Shown: piece by piece, positions 17,420-25,651 of the stretch
How the letters are laid out: each line of letters opens with the position of its first letter
How positions within the stretch are numbered: position 1 is the stretch's first letter
Source: Anaerolineales bacterium UBA3082
GTDB lineage: Bacteria; Chloroflexota; Anaerolineae; UBA7937
Length of the DNA: 62,841 nucleotides
NCBI GenBank assembly: GCA_002366595.1
Contig: DFBK01000006.1
Location: 1,429-64,269, forward strand
Direction of reading: 5' to 3'
Position numbers and translations under genes: made by a program
The notes under the pieces: model-generated
Database searches by the model: none
The model's input: the letters and a program-made list of their open reading frames with translations, nothing else
What the model was told of the DNA's origin: nothing

Positions 17420-17446
17420 GGGGCGAGGGCCTAAGGCCCCCGCCCC
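17420..17446. other. GC-rich stem-loop between dnaK and the inserted module
   Basis: ggggcgagggcc-taa-ggcccccgcccc. The T-rich tract is only on the plus-strand side, so terminator function for dnaK (minus strand) is doubtful. Confidence 0.4.
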
Positions 17447-17452
17447 TTGTGT

Positions 17453-19339
17453 TTATACCTCTCTAAACTCCCCCTCTACCGTGCCCTCGTCTTCTGGCGG
17501 CTTCTTTTCACCTTCCGGGGGCGGGGTGGGGCCTCCGGCGGCCTGGTACATGCTGGCGCCGATCTTCTGCAAGACTTGGCCTAACTCTTCGGTCTTGCGG
17601 CGGATGAGGGCGATGTCCTTGCCCTTCATCGCCTCTCGGACTTCCTTGACCTTGGCCTCTACCTCGCTCCGCACATCTGTGGGCACCTTGTCGCCCAGAT
17701 CGCGCAAGGTCTTCTCCGCCGTGTAAGCCACGGAATCAGCGTAGTTTCGGGCCTCTATCTCCTCCTTCCGCCTCTTGTCCTCGGCCTCGTGCTCCCTGGC
17801 CTCCTTCACCATCCGCTCGATCTCCTCCTCGGTGAGGCCACTGGAAGCGGTGATGGTGATATGCTGTTCCCTACCCGTGGCCTTATCCTGGGCCCCGACG
17901 TTGAGGATGCCGTCGGCGTCTATATCAAAGGTGACCTCGATCTGGGGGATGCCCCGCGGCGCTGGAGGGATGCCGTCCAGCATGAAGCGCCCCAGGGTCT
18001 TGTTGTCAGCGGCCATGGGCCGCTCCCCTTGCAACACATGTATCTCCACCGAGGTCTGCGCATCGGCGGCGGTGGAGAAGATCTGAGACTTCTTGGTGGG
18101 GATGGTGGTATTCCGCTCAATTAAGGGCGTAGCCACTCGACCCAGGGTCTCGATGCTCAGGGTCAGGGGGGTGACATCCAGGAGCAAGATGTCCTTCACC
18201 TCTCCTTTCAGCACCCCAGCTTGGATGGCCGCCCCCAGACCCACCACCTCGTCGGGGTTAATCCCCTTATGGGGCTCCTTGCCGAAGAACTCAGCCATCA
18301 TCTTCTGGACGGCGGGCATCCGCGTCTGTCCTCCTACCAAGATAACCTCATCGATATCGGAAGGCTTAACTTTCGCATCCTCCAGCGCCTGCTTCATAGG
18401 GGGCAGAGTCTTCTCCACGAGATCCCCCACCAACTGCTCCAGTTTAGACCGGGTAATGGTCATAGTGAGATGCTTGGGGCCGGAGGAGTCAGCGGTGATG
18501 AAGGGGAGGTTGATCTCCGTCTGCATCACGGTGGAGAGTTCGCACTTGGCCTTCTCCGCCGCCTCCTTCAGCCGCTGGAGGGCCATCCTATCCTGGCGCA
18601 GGTCTATCCCTTGCTCCTTCTTGAACTCGTCGGCTATCCAGTCGATGACCCGCTGGTCGAAGTCATCGCCTCCCAGGTGGGTGTCCCCGTTGGTGGACTT
18701 CACCTCGAAGACCCCCTCGCCTATCTCCAAGATAGAGATGTCGTAGGTGCCGCCCCCCAAGTCGAAAACCGCTATCCGCTCGTCTATCTTCTTGTCCAAG
18801 CCATAAGCCAGGGAGGAGGCGGTGGGCTCGTTGATGATGCGCAGGACTTTCAGTCCCGCTATCTTGCCCGCCTCCTTAGTGGCCTGCCTCTGGGAGTCGT
18901 TGAAATAAGCAGGAACGGTGATCACCGCCTCGGTCACCGGCTCGCCCAGGTAGGCCTCCGCGTCCGTCCTCAATTTCTGGAGGATCATAGAGGATATCTC
19001 GGGTGGCGAATACTCCTTGCCCCCCATATGCACGCGCACATCCCCGTTAGGGGCCTCGCTCAATTTGAAAGGCACGAGTTCGATATCGTGCTGTACCGTG
19101 GAGTCCCTATACTTGCGCCCCATGAACCGCTTAATGGAGAAGATGGTATTTTCAGAGTTAGTTACCGCCTGACGTTTGGCCACCTGGCCTGCCAACCTCT
19201 CCCCCGTCTTGGTGACCGCCACCACTGAGGGGCAGAGTCGCGACCCCTCAGCGGTAGGGATCACCGTGGGCTCTCCACCCTCCATAACCGCGGCCACGGA
19301 GTTGGTGGTCCCTAAATCTATGCCTATCGCCTTAGCCAT
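17453..19339 (-). CDS. dnaK: molecular chaperone DnaK (Hsp70)
   Basis: 628 aa. [21 protein letters not shown] and [11 protein letters not shown] signatures. Confidence 0.98.
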   Translation of the reverse strand: MAKAIGIDLGTTNSVAAVMEGGEPTVIPTAEGSRLCPSVVAVTKTGERLAGQVAKRQAVTNSENTIFSIKRFMGRKYRDSTVQHDIELVPFKLSEAPNGDVRVHMGGKEYSPPEISSMILQKLRTDAEAYLGEPVTEAVITVPAYFNDSQRQATKEAGKIAGLKVLRIINEPTASSLAYGLDKKIDERIAVFDLGGGTYDISILEIGEGVFEVKSTNGDTHLGGDDFDQRVIDWIADEFKKEQGIDLRQDRMALQRLKEAAEKAKCELSTVMQTEINLPFITADSSGPKHLTMTITRSKLEQLVGDLVEKTLPPMKQALEDAKVKPSDIDEVILVGGQTRMPAVQKMMAEFFGKEPHKGINPDEVVGLGAAIQAGVLKGEVKDILLLDVTPLTLSIETLGRVATPLIERNTTIPTKKSQIFSTAADAQTSVEIHVLQGERPMAADNKTLGRFMLDGIPPAPRGIPQIEVTFDIDADGILNVGAQDKATGREQHITITASSGLTEEEIERMVKEAREHEAEDKRRKEEIEARNYADSVAYTAEKTLRDLGDKVPTDVRSEVEAKVKEVREAMKGKDIALIRRKTEELGQVLQKIGASMYQAAGGPTPPPEGEKKPPEDEGTVEGEFREV

Positions 19340-19362
19340 ATCTATCCCTCCTTAATAGCGCC

Positions 19363-19926
19363 CTATTTTGCGCTTTTCTCCTTTGCTACCTTTACCAGGG
19401 TTGGTCGCACGACCCTGTCGTGCAACCTGTAACCCTTCTGCAAAATGTCTATGATCTGGCCCTCTTTGTACTCTTCGCTCTCCTCATGCACCACCGCCTC
19501 ATGGACGGTGGGGTCGAACTCCTTTCCCACTTCCGCCTCTATCTCCGTCACCCCCTCCTGCTCCAGAATAGCCTGGAGTTTCCGATGAATGAGGAATATC
19601 CCCTCCACCCAGGTGAGAGCGTATATCTTGCCCGGTATCGTCTTTGTGGCCCTCTCGAAATCATCGAGGATGGGGAGGATTTTAGCGATGAGGAGCGAGT
19701 TGGCGAACTTCAGGAGTTCCTCCCGTTCCTTCTCATTCCTTTTCTTGAAGTTGGCGAACTCGGCTCGGGCCCGCTTCCACTGATCCAGGTACTCCTCCGC
19801 CCTGGCTCTTTCCTCCTCCAGGGCGGTGCGGAGTTCCTCTGGGGTCTCAGGCCCCTGAGGCAATTCGGCCACAGCCTCTTCGGCCTCGGCAACCCTCTCC
19901 TCTCGAGGTTCATTCTCTTTTGGCAT
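19363..19926 (-). CDS. grpE: nucleotide exchange factor GrpE
   Basis: YLDQWKRARAEFANFKKR...LPILDDFERA...GYRLHDRVVRPTLVKV. Confidence 0.95.
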   Translation of the reverse strand: MPKENEPREERVAEAEEAVAELPQGPETPEELRTALEEERARAEEYLDQWKRARAEFANFKKRNEKEREELLKFANSLLIAKILPILDDFERATKTIPGKIYALTWVEGIFLIHRKLQAILEQEGVTEIEAEVGKEFDPTVHEAVVHEESEEYKEGQIIDILQKGYRLHDRVVRPTLVKVAKEKSAK

Positions 19927-19949
19927 ATCGATGTTACCTCCCGGTGTTA

Positions 19950-20978
19950 TTATGTAGGGAGACCGTAAGATTCAGAGAAAATATCGGTCATCAGGCTCGC
20001 CATGTAGCGCACCGCGGAGATGCATCTCTCATAGGACATACGCATGGGGCCCAGCACCCCCAGGATGCCCATCGCCTCCTGAGCCATGCCATAGCGGGCC
20101 AAAACGATGCTACAATCCCTCGCCTCGCACCAGCGACCTTCTCCTCCGATGAGGACCTGCACCCCCCCATGGGTGAGTTCCACCTCCGTTAGGAGGGACT
20201 CGAGGAAGGCACGGCGCTCTAGGATGCCCAGAACCCTCTCCACCCTTTCCGCCTCGGCGAACTCGGGTTGGCGCAGGATATTTGCGATCCCGTTATGGTA
20301 TATCTCGCTGGCTTGCCTTTGGTCCACCCGTTCCATCACCTCTACTAGATGTTGAGATACCCTCCTCTTGAAGCCTTGGAAGGCAATCATCCGTGTCCTT
20401 ATCTTTTCACTTGTGAGACCGCCCAGCCTAGCGTTCAGTTCGTTGGCTAGACGGCTCAACTCCCCCTGCTCCAAGGGCAGGGCGGAGGTGAGGAGCCCCT
20501 GCCTCAGGCTACCTTCGTGGAAAACCAGGAGTAAGAGGACCCCCGACTCTCCCACAGAGATAAGGTCCAGATGTTTTAGCCGAGAGCGATCTGCCTTGGG
20601 CGCCGTGACGAGGGCGGCGTTCCGCGCGCTGCGGGCCAAGATGGCGGCCGAGAGTTTCAACCATTGATCTAGATCCATTCGCGCTTGATGGAACTGATGG
20701 CGGATCATACGCTGTTCTTCTACGGATAGTGCTCTCTCCTCCATCAGGTACTCCACGAAGTAACGATACCCCTTCTCTGTGGGCATCCGCCCGGCTGAGG
20801 TGTAAGGATGAGTCAGATACCCTGTCTCTTCCAGGGAAGCCATCTCATGGCGAATGGTAGCCGAACTTACACTCAAGCCCGGTCGTCCTACCAGCGCCTT
20901 GGACCCTACCGGAACGGCGGTAGCGATATACCCTCTCACTACCAGATCCAATATGGTTTTCTGTCTCTCCGTGAGCAC
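19950..20978 (-). CDS. hrcA: heat-inducible transcription repressor HrcA
   Basis: LTERQKTILDLVVRGYIATAVPVGSKAL...SSATIRHEMASLEETGYLTHPYTSAGRMPT. Confidence 0.95.
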   Translation of the reverse strand: MLTERQKTILDLVVRGYIATAVPVGSKALVGRPGLSVSSATIRHEMASLEETGYLTHPYTSAGRMPTEKGYRYFVEYLMEERALSVEEQRMIRHQFHQARMDLDQWLKLSAAILARSARNAALVTAPKADRSRLKHLDLISVGESGVLLLLVFHEGSLRQGLLTSALPLEQGELSRLANELNARLGGLTSEKIRTRMIAFQGFKRRVSQHLVEVMERVDQRQASEIYHNGIANILRQPEFAEAERVERVLGILERRAFLESLLTEVELTHGGVQVLIGGEGRWCEARDCSIVLARYGMAQEAMGILGVLGPMRMSYERCISAVRYMASLMTDIFSESYGLPT

Positions 20979-20997
20979 TTAGCTATTCCACAAGGAA

Positions 20998-21024
20998 TTA
21001 GCACTCTCTTGATTAGAGTGCTAA
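20998..21024. promoter_or_regulatory. CIRCE operator (HrcA binding site)
   Basis: Perfect TTAGCACTC-N9-GAGTGCTAA inverted repeat 20 nt upstream of the hrcA start. Confidence 0.95.
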
Positions 21025-21027
21025 GAA

Positions 21028-21056
21028 ATGATACCACGAAATTCCCCTTCTGTCAA
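21028..21056 (-). promoter_or_regulatory. sigma-70-type promoter of the hrcA operon
   Basis: On the minus strand: TTGACA, 17 nt, TGgTATCAT. CIRCE begins 4 nt downstream of the -10. Confidence 0.7.
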
Positions 21057-21079
21057 GTGCTCGCTTCTGAGGCGCCTTG

Positions 21080-22480
21080 TTAGTAGGCGTTACGATCTGA
21101 GAAGATCAGGAGGAAGGTTTTGAGGATTATCTTGATATCGAAGAGTAGGGACCAGTTTTCGATGTAGTAGAGGTCGTACTTAGTCCGCTCCACGATGGAG
21201 GTATCGCCTCGGAGCCCGTTTACCTGGGCCCACCCCGTCATCCCCGCTTTCTCTTGATGGCGTTCCATATAGCGGGGGACCAGTTGCTTGAACTGCTCTA
21301 CGAAGACCGGCCTTTCGGGCCTAGGCCCTACCAGGCTCATCTCTGCCAAAAGGACGTTCATCAGTTGAGGTAACTCATCTAGAGAGAAGCGACGGAGGAA
21401 GGCTCCTGCCCTCGTGCATCTAGAGTCCTCTTTGGTAGCCCAAACGGGTCCCGTCTCATCCTCCGCGCCCTCCTTCATGGAGCGGAACTTTATCATCTGG
21501 AAGGGCACGGAGTCGAGCCCCATCCGCTCTTGAGCATAGAAGACGGGGCCCTTAGAGTCCAACCTTATGAGGAGGGCCAGAAGAAGCATGAAGGGGGAGA
21601 GCAGTATTAGGCCCACGACGCTGACGAAGAGATCCACCCCCCTTTTCAGAGTCAGTTTCCATCCTCGCAGGGCGATATCCCGCACGGTGAGGAGGGGGAG
21701 GCCTCCCAGATCGGCCACACTCACCTCAGAGGCGATGATCTGGAAGACATCGGGAAAGACCTTGATGGTCACCCTCTCCTGACGGCAGTCGGAGATAAGG
21801 GGCAGGATATCGTCGTGAGAGGCTTCAGGCAGAGCGATGATCACCTCATCCACCTCATGCTCCTTGATGAGGGAAGCAAGTTCCTTGGTCGTGCCCAATA
21901 GAGGGGCGCCGAGCTCCTCTGGAGCGGGGGCGTCATTCCCCACAAAGCCCACCACCCGATAGCCCAGGCCGGGAGAGCGGCGGATGGCGTTAAAGATCAT
22001 CTGCCCCACCTCTCCTGTGCCCACGATGAGGGCTCTCTGTTCGGCGATGCCCCGGGCTTGGAGGGCCCATTGTAGCCGGGCGTGGGCGAGACGGCCCATA
22101 GTGGTGAAAGCGATAGTTAGCACCCAGGTGTAGGCGATCATTAGACGAGGGTAGTCGGGGTTGTTCTTGAAGATAAAGTAACTGAAGGCTACGGCGATGA
22201 TGGTACCAATGGAAGAAGCGGTGAAGAGGGAGTAGAACTCATCGATGTGGGAGAGGGCCCGCTTACGATGATAGAGTTTGTAGAAGAAGAAGGCGGTAAC
22301 CACGGTCACGATCTGAATACCCATCACCCCTAGATAGGAAGGAAAGGGAGGGATATTTACCACTGGAGGGTATTCGGTGCGGAGGCGCAGGTGATAGGCG
22401 AAGAAGAAGGCTAAGGCTATCATCAAGATATCGATGAGGATGAGGGAGATGGTGAAGGCGAGGCTGACCCTTCGTTTCAC
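21080..22480 (-). CDS. polyprenyl-phosphate sugar phosphotransferase (WbaP/EpsB-type bacterial sugar transferase)
   Basis: N-terminal TM helices, a central Rossmann region, and the C-terminal SLVGPRPERPVFVEQF...GMTGWAQVNG...YDLYYIENWS signature. Confidence 0.9.
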   Translation of the reverse strand: MKRRVSLAFTISLILIDILMIALAFFFAYHLRLRTEYPPVVNIPPFPSYLGVMGIQIVTVVTAFFFYKLYHRKRALSHIDEFYSLFTASSIGTIIAVAFSYFIFKNNPDYPRLMIAYTWVLTIAFTTMGRLAHARLQWALQARGIAEQRALIVGTGEVGQMIFNAIRRSPGLGYRVVGFVGNDAPAPEELGAPLLGTTKELASLIKEHEVDEVIIALPEASHDDILPLISDCRQERVTIKVFPDVFQIIASEVSVADLGGLPLLTVRDIALRGWKLTLKRGVDLFVSVVGLILLSPFMLLLALLIRLDSKGPVFYAQERMGLDSVPFQMIKFRSMKEGAEDETGPVWATKEDSRCTRAGAFLRRFSLDELPQLMNVLLAEMSLVGPRPERPVFVEQFKQLVPRYMERHQEKAGMTGWAQVNGLRGDTSIVERTKYDLYYIENWSLLFDIKIILKTFLLIFSDRNAY

Positions 22481-23376
22481 GGCGCTACCTCCCTGACCTG
22501 CTTGCTATCGCCAGGCGGTCGGAGAACCTCTTGCACCATCGCCGTCCCACCCCGCAAGAGGAGGCCTGCCATCACTAACCAGTGAAGCCAGAGAGGGGTC
22601 TCCTTTGCGTAGTGCTTCCGATAGAAGAGGTACATGGCCCGGTAAAATTCACATCGGGCTCTCTCTCGGTTTTGGCTGGAGGATCGCCTCTTATAATGAA
22701 GTACCGTCACCTGGGGGTTATAGTAGACCTTCCAGCCCACCTTTTTGGCTCGGTAAGCGAAGTCCAGGTCTTCACCGTAGAGGAAGAACTCCTCATCGAG
22801 GTAGCCTACCTCTTCCAGGGTCTCTCCCCGGATCATCATAAAGGCTCCCACTACCGAGTCCACCTCGGCCACCTGCTCGGGGTCTAGATAGGTCAGGTTA
22901 TAGCGGCCGAACCGCTTGCTCTTGGGGAAGAGCCTGCTCAGGCCACTGAGCCGGTAGAAGGAGACCTCGGGAGTGGGGAAACTACGCCGACAGGCCAGAT
23001 CCAACCTGCCATCGGCCATCATCAGTTTGGGGCCGGCGATGCCCACTTGGGGGTGCTCCTCCATGAAGGATAACATCCCGCTTAGGGCCTCTGGGGGAAG
23101 CACCGTATCGGGGTTGAGGAGAAGATAGTAGCGGGCCTTCCGGCTCTTGAGCCCCTGATTGTTGGCCTGGGCGTAGCCCACATTTTCTCGGTTCTCTAGG
23201 AGATGGACCTGAGGGAACTCCCGGCGAACGATGGGCGCGCTCCCGTCTTGGGAGCGGTTATCGACTACGGTGACCTGGTAGGTGAAATCGCCCTCGCTGG
23301 CGAAGAGGGAGCGCAAGCACTCCCGCAAGAGATCACGGGTGTTATAGTTCACTACAACGATAGATAGATCGAGCAT
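22477..23376 (-). CDS. glycosyltransferase family 2
   Basis: LSIVVVNYNTRDLL, VVDNRSQDGS, GYAQANN and YGEDLDF motifs. Confidence 0.88.
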   Translation of the reverse strand: MLDLSIVVVNYNTRDLLRECLRSLFASEGDFTYQVTVVDNRSQDGSAPIVRREFPQVHLLENRENVGYAQANNQGLKSRKARYYLLLNPDTVLPPEALSGMLSFMEEHPQVGIAGPKLMMADGRLDLACRRSFPTPEVSFYRLSGLSRLFPKSKRFGRYNLTYLDPEQVAEVDSVVGAFMMIRGETLEEVGYLDEEFFLYGEDLDFAYRAKKVGWKVYYNPQVTVLHYKRRSSSQNRERARCEFYRAMYLFYRKHYAKETPLWLHWLVMAGLLLRGGTAMVQEVLRPPGDSKQVREVAP

Positions 23377-23409
23377 CGAGAGATATTCTAACAGAGAATT
23401 GCCTTTTGG

Positions 23410-24375
23410 TCAACGAGATCTCCATCGCCAAAGAACGCCTACCGGATAGCCAGCCATCTTGGCTATATCCCCTGTAATCCGTAGTAGGGGGACGAGGAGT
23501 AGGGCTTTCACTCTGTCGAGGGGGCTGAGCATGCGGAGCAAGGGGAGCAACCGTTTATAGGGCGTCCAGAGGTAGATCGCTGCTCCTATAAATAGACCCC
23601 CCAAAAAAAGGGGGTGGCGAAGGAAGCCCAAGGCAAGAAGCAAGGGCCCAGCACCAAGGTAGGAGAGGTAGCGGATGGCGTGGCGTCTCCGCCAGAGATC
23701 GGCTTTGCCGTCTCCGCGGGAGTATCTGTAGTATTGGCGGAAGAAAGCGGCTAGATGAGGACGGGGGCGGAAATAGACCACCGCCTGGGGAGCGAAGAGG
23801 AGTTTGAAGCCAGCGTGACGCAGTTTGAAGTCGAAGACCAAGTCTTCGCAGTAATCCAGCCACTCGGGATAGCCTCCCACCTCTTTCCAGGCCTCCCATC
23901 GGAAGGCGACGGAGCGGCTGGAGGGGAGAAACCGGTGGGGGTCTATCTCCGACAAGGTGGGCAAGACGGTAGCCCCTAGGACTATCTCGAAGACAGATTG
24001 GGGGGCCGGAAGGAAGAATCCGCTCACCACATCGATGGAGTCATCTTCTTCAAAGGGTAAAAGAAGGCATTTGAGCCAATCCGGATCCAACCTCACCCCG
24101 GCATCGGTGGAGGCGATGATCTCTCCCTGGGCTTGGGCGATGGCCGCGTTCCGCCCCTGGGAGATGTTAAACCCCTCACCTATTATGAGTTTGAGAGGGA
24201 GTTTCCCCTGGTAGGCGCGGATAACCCCCACCGTTCCATCGGTGGAGCCCCCATCGACGATGATCACCTCCTCCGGTTTCCTCGATTGAGCGAGGAGGGA
24301 TTCTAGGAGCCTCTTCATGGAGTCCGCTTCGTTTTTGACGGTGGTGATGAGGGATACTTTGAGCATCTTGGCCAC
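23410..24375 (-). CDS. glycosyltransferase family 2 with C-terminal membrane helices
   Basis: VSLITTVKNEA, IIVDGGSTDGT, CEDLVFDF. Confidence 0.85.
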   Translation of the reverse strand: MAKMLKVSLITTVKNEADSMKRLLESLLAQSRKPEEVIIVDGGSTDGTVGVIRAYQGKLPLKLIIGEGFNISQGRNAAIAQAQGEIIASTDAGVRLDPDWLKCLLLPFEEDDSIDVVSGFFLPAPQSVFEIVLGATVLPTLSEIDPHRFLPSSRSVAFRWEAWKEVGGYPEWLDYCEDLVFDFKLRHAGFKLLFAPQAVVYFRPRPHLAAFFRQYYRYSRGDGKADLWRRRHAIRYLSYLGAGPLLLALGFLRHPLFLGGLFIGAAIYLWTPYKRLLPLLRMLSPLDRVKALLLVPLLRITGDIAKMAGYPVGVLWRWRSR

Positions 24376-24437
24376 CTTACCAAATTATAGCCTGGAGGGA
24401 CGATGGTGACAAACGCTCGAGTAGGAAGATTGGGCGA

Positions 24438-24466
24438 TTGCCACCCCTAAGGAGGGGTGGTATAAT
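24438..24466 (+). promoter_or_regulatory. sigma-70-type promoter (TTGCCA-17 nt-TGgTATAAT)
   Basis: Good -35 and extended -10, 37 nt upstream of the LysM gene. Confidence 0.6.
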
Positions 24467-24502
24467 AGCAACTAATCAGGGTCGGTTCTGGGGTGAGAGA
24501 AG

Positions 24503-24889
24503 TTGGGTCGTCTTTTCGGGAAAAGGGCTTTCCTGCGAGGCCGGGAATGGAGCATAGTGATCGTTCTTCTCCTCTCCAACTACCTGGTATTTAGTGCGCT
24601 GGGGGGAACGCTTGGGGATAGGGAGACCCTTCCCCTCTCTACCAGGACGCCCAAGCCCACCTTCACACCTACCCAGGCTCTCCCTCCGACGGCCACCTTG
24701 ACGCCCACTAATACGCCGGTACCGACAAGTACGCCTACCGCGGTGAGGAGCCATCTCGTGGAAGCGGGTGAGACCCTTAGTCGGATCGCGGAAAGGTATG
24801 GAACTACGCTGGAGGCTTTGGCCAGGGTTAATGCATTGGAGCCTCCCTACTATATTATTTATGAGGGACAGGTTCTGATCCTGCCCTAG
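24503..24889 (+). CDS. membrane-anchored LysM-domain protein with a Pro/Thr linker
   Basis: N-terminal TM helix, PT-rich linker, and C-terminal HLVEAGETLSRIAERYGTTLEALARVNAL...GQVLILP LysM motif. Confidence 0.85.
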   Translation: MGRLFGKRAFLRGREWSIVIVLLLSNYLVFSALGGTLGDRETLPLSTRTPKPTFTPTQALPPTATLTPTNTPVPTSTPTAVRSHLVEAGETLSRIAERYGTTLEALARVNALEPPYYIIYEGQVLILP

Positions 24890-24902
24890 AGGAGGGAACC
24901 CT

Positions 24903-25649
24903 ATGACCAGGAGACAGTGGAGCATCGTGGCGATTCTCTTTTTCGTTAACGCTTTCATCTTCACCACCCTCTTCATGTTTCTCCGGCAGGTCTATTTGAC
25001 CCCTCCGGAGGTGGCTGTAACCCCTACGCCGGCTAGGACACCTGCTTTCACCCCTCTTCCCACCTATACACCTACCCCGCTTCTCAGTCCCACCCCAACG
25101 AACACCCGGGTAGTCCCTCCGGCCACCGCCACACCGATCTTCACCCCTACCTTCACTCCAGCGCCTCCTACACCCACCTTCACCCTGGCGCCCCCTACCC
25201 CCACCTCTCCTCCTCCCACCGCCACACCCGTACCCCCCACGCCCACAATTACCCCGACTTTCACCCCTACGCCTACGCCAACGCCTTCTTTGCCCTACTC
25301 CCTTTATGCGACGGTCCGCTATGAGAATAACTGTGGACACACTTGGCTTGACGGCACGGTGTGGGATGCTTCAGGTGCTCCCAAACCTAACGTTAGGGTG
25401 AGGGCGTGGACCTATGGACATCTGTTAGATGACAAGGTAACCGGGTATAACCCGACGAGCGCGGGATATTACGAGTTCGTCTTGGATACGGTTCCTCCTG
25501 GACCGCGAGAGGTGATGGTGGAGGTGGCGATAGTGGATGAGAATGGCAACCTGCTCTCTCCTAAGGTCTCAGCCCAAACCACTGCCACCGATTGCGATAA
25601 CCCGAACGGGCGACAGCACGTCATAATAGACTTCATAGAGAACCCGTAG
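24903..25649 (+). CDS. membrane-anchored Pro/Thr-rich protein with a conserved Cys-containing C-terminal domain
   Basis: TM helix, ~120-aa PT linker, then NCGHTWLDGTVWDASGAPKPNVRVRAW...VDENGNLLSP...DCD. The domain is shared with the products of 29809-30489 and 60702-62342. Confidence 0.75.
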   Translation: MTRRQWSIVAILFFVNAFIFTTLFMFLRQVYLTPPEVAVTPTPARTPAFTPLPTYTPTPLLSPTPTNTRVVPPATATPIFTPTFTPAPPTPTFTLAPPTPTSPPPTATPVPPTPTITPTFTPTPTPTPSLPYSLYATVRYENNCGHTWLDGTVWDASGAPKPNVRVRAWTYGHLLDDKVTGYNPTSAGYYEFVLDTVPPGPREVMVEVAIVDENGNLLSPKVSAQTTATDCDNPNGRQHVIIDFIENP

Positions 25650-25651
25650 CG

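Noticed and set aside
17481-19228. Long plus-strand ORFs (up to 335 aa) antisense to dnaK. Similar antisense ORFs lie within dnaJ, grpE, hrcA, the GT-C genes and the Tad genes.
   Set aside because: They lie fully inside strongly supported genes on the other strand. They have Arg/Gly/Pro-rich low-complexity translations typical of GC-rich antisense frames, and they lack SDs.
24476-25340. Minus-strand ORFs (166 and 161 aa) rich in Gly/Arg opposite the PT-linker genes, and the equivalent plus-strand ORFs at 30107-30631.
   Set aside because: These are the mirror image of Pro/Thr-coding repeats: ACC/CCC codons read as GGT/GGG on the other strand. The sense genes have signal peptides, linkers and conserved domains.
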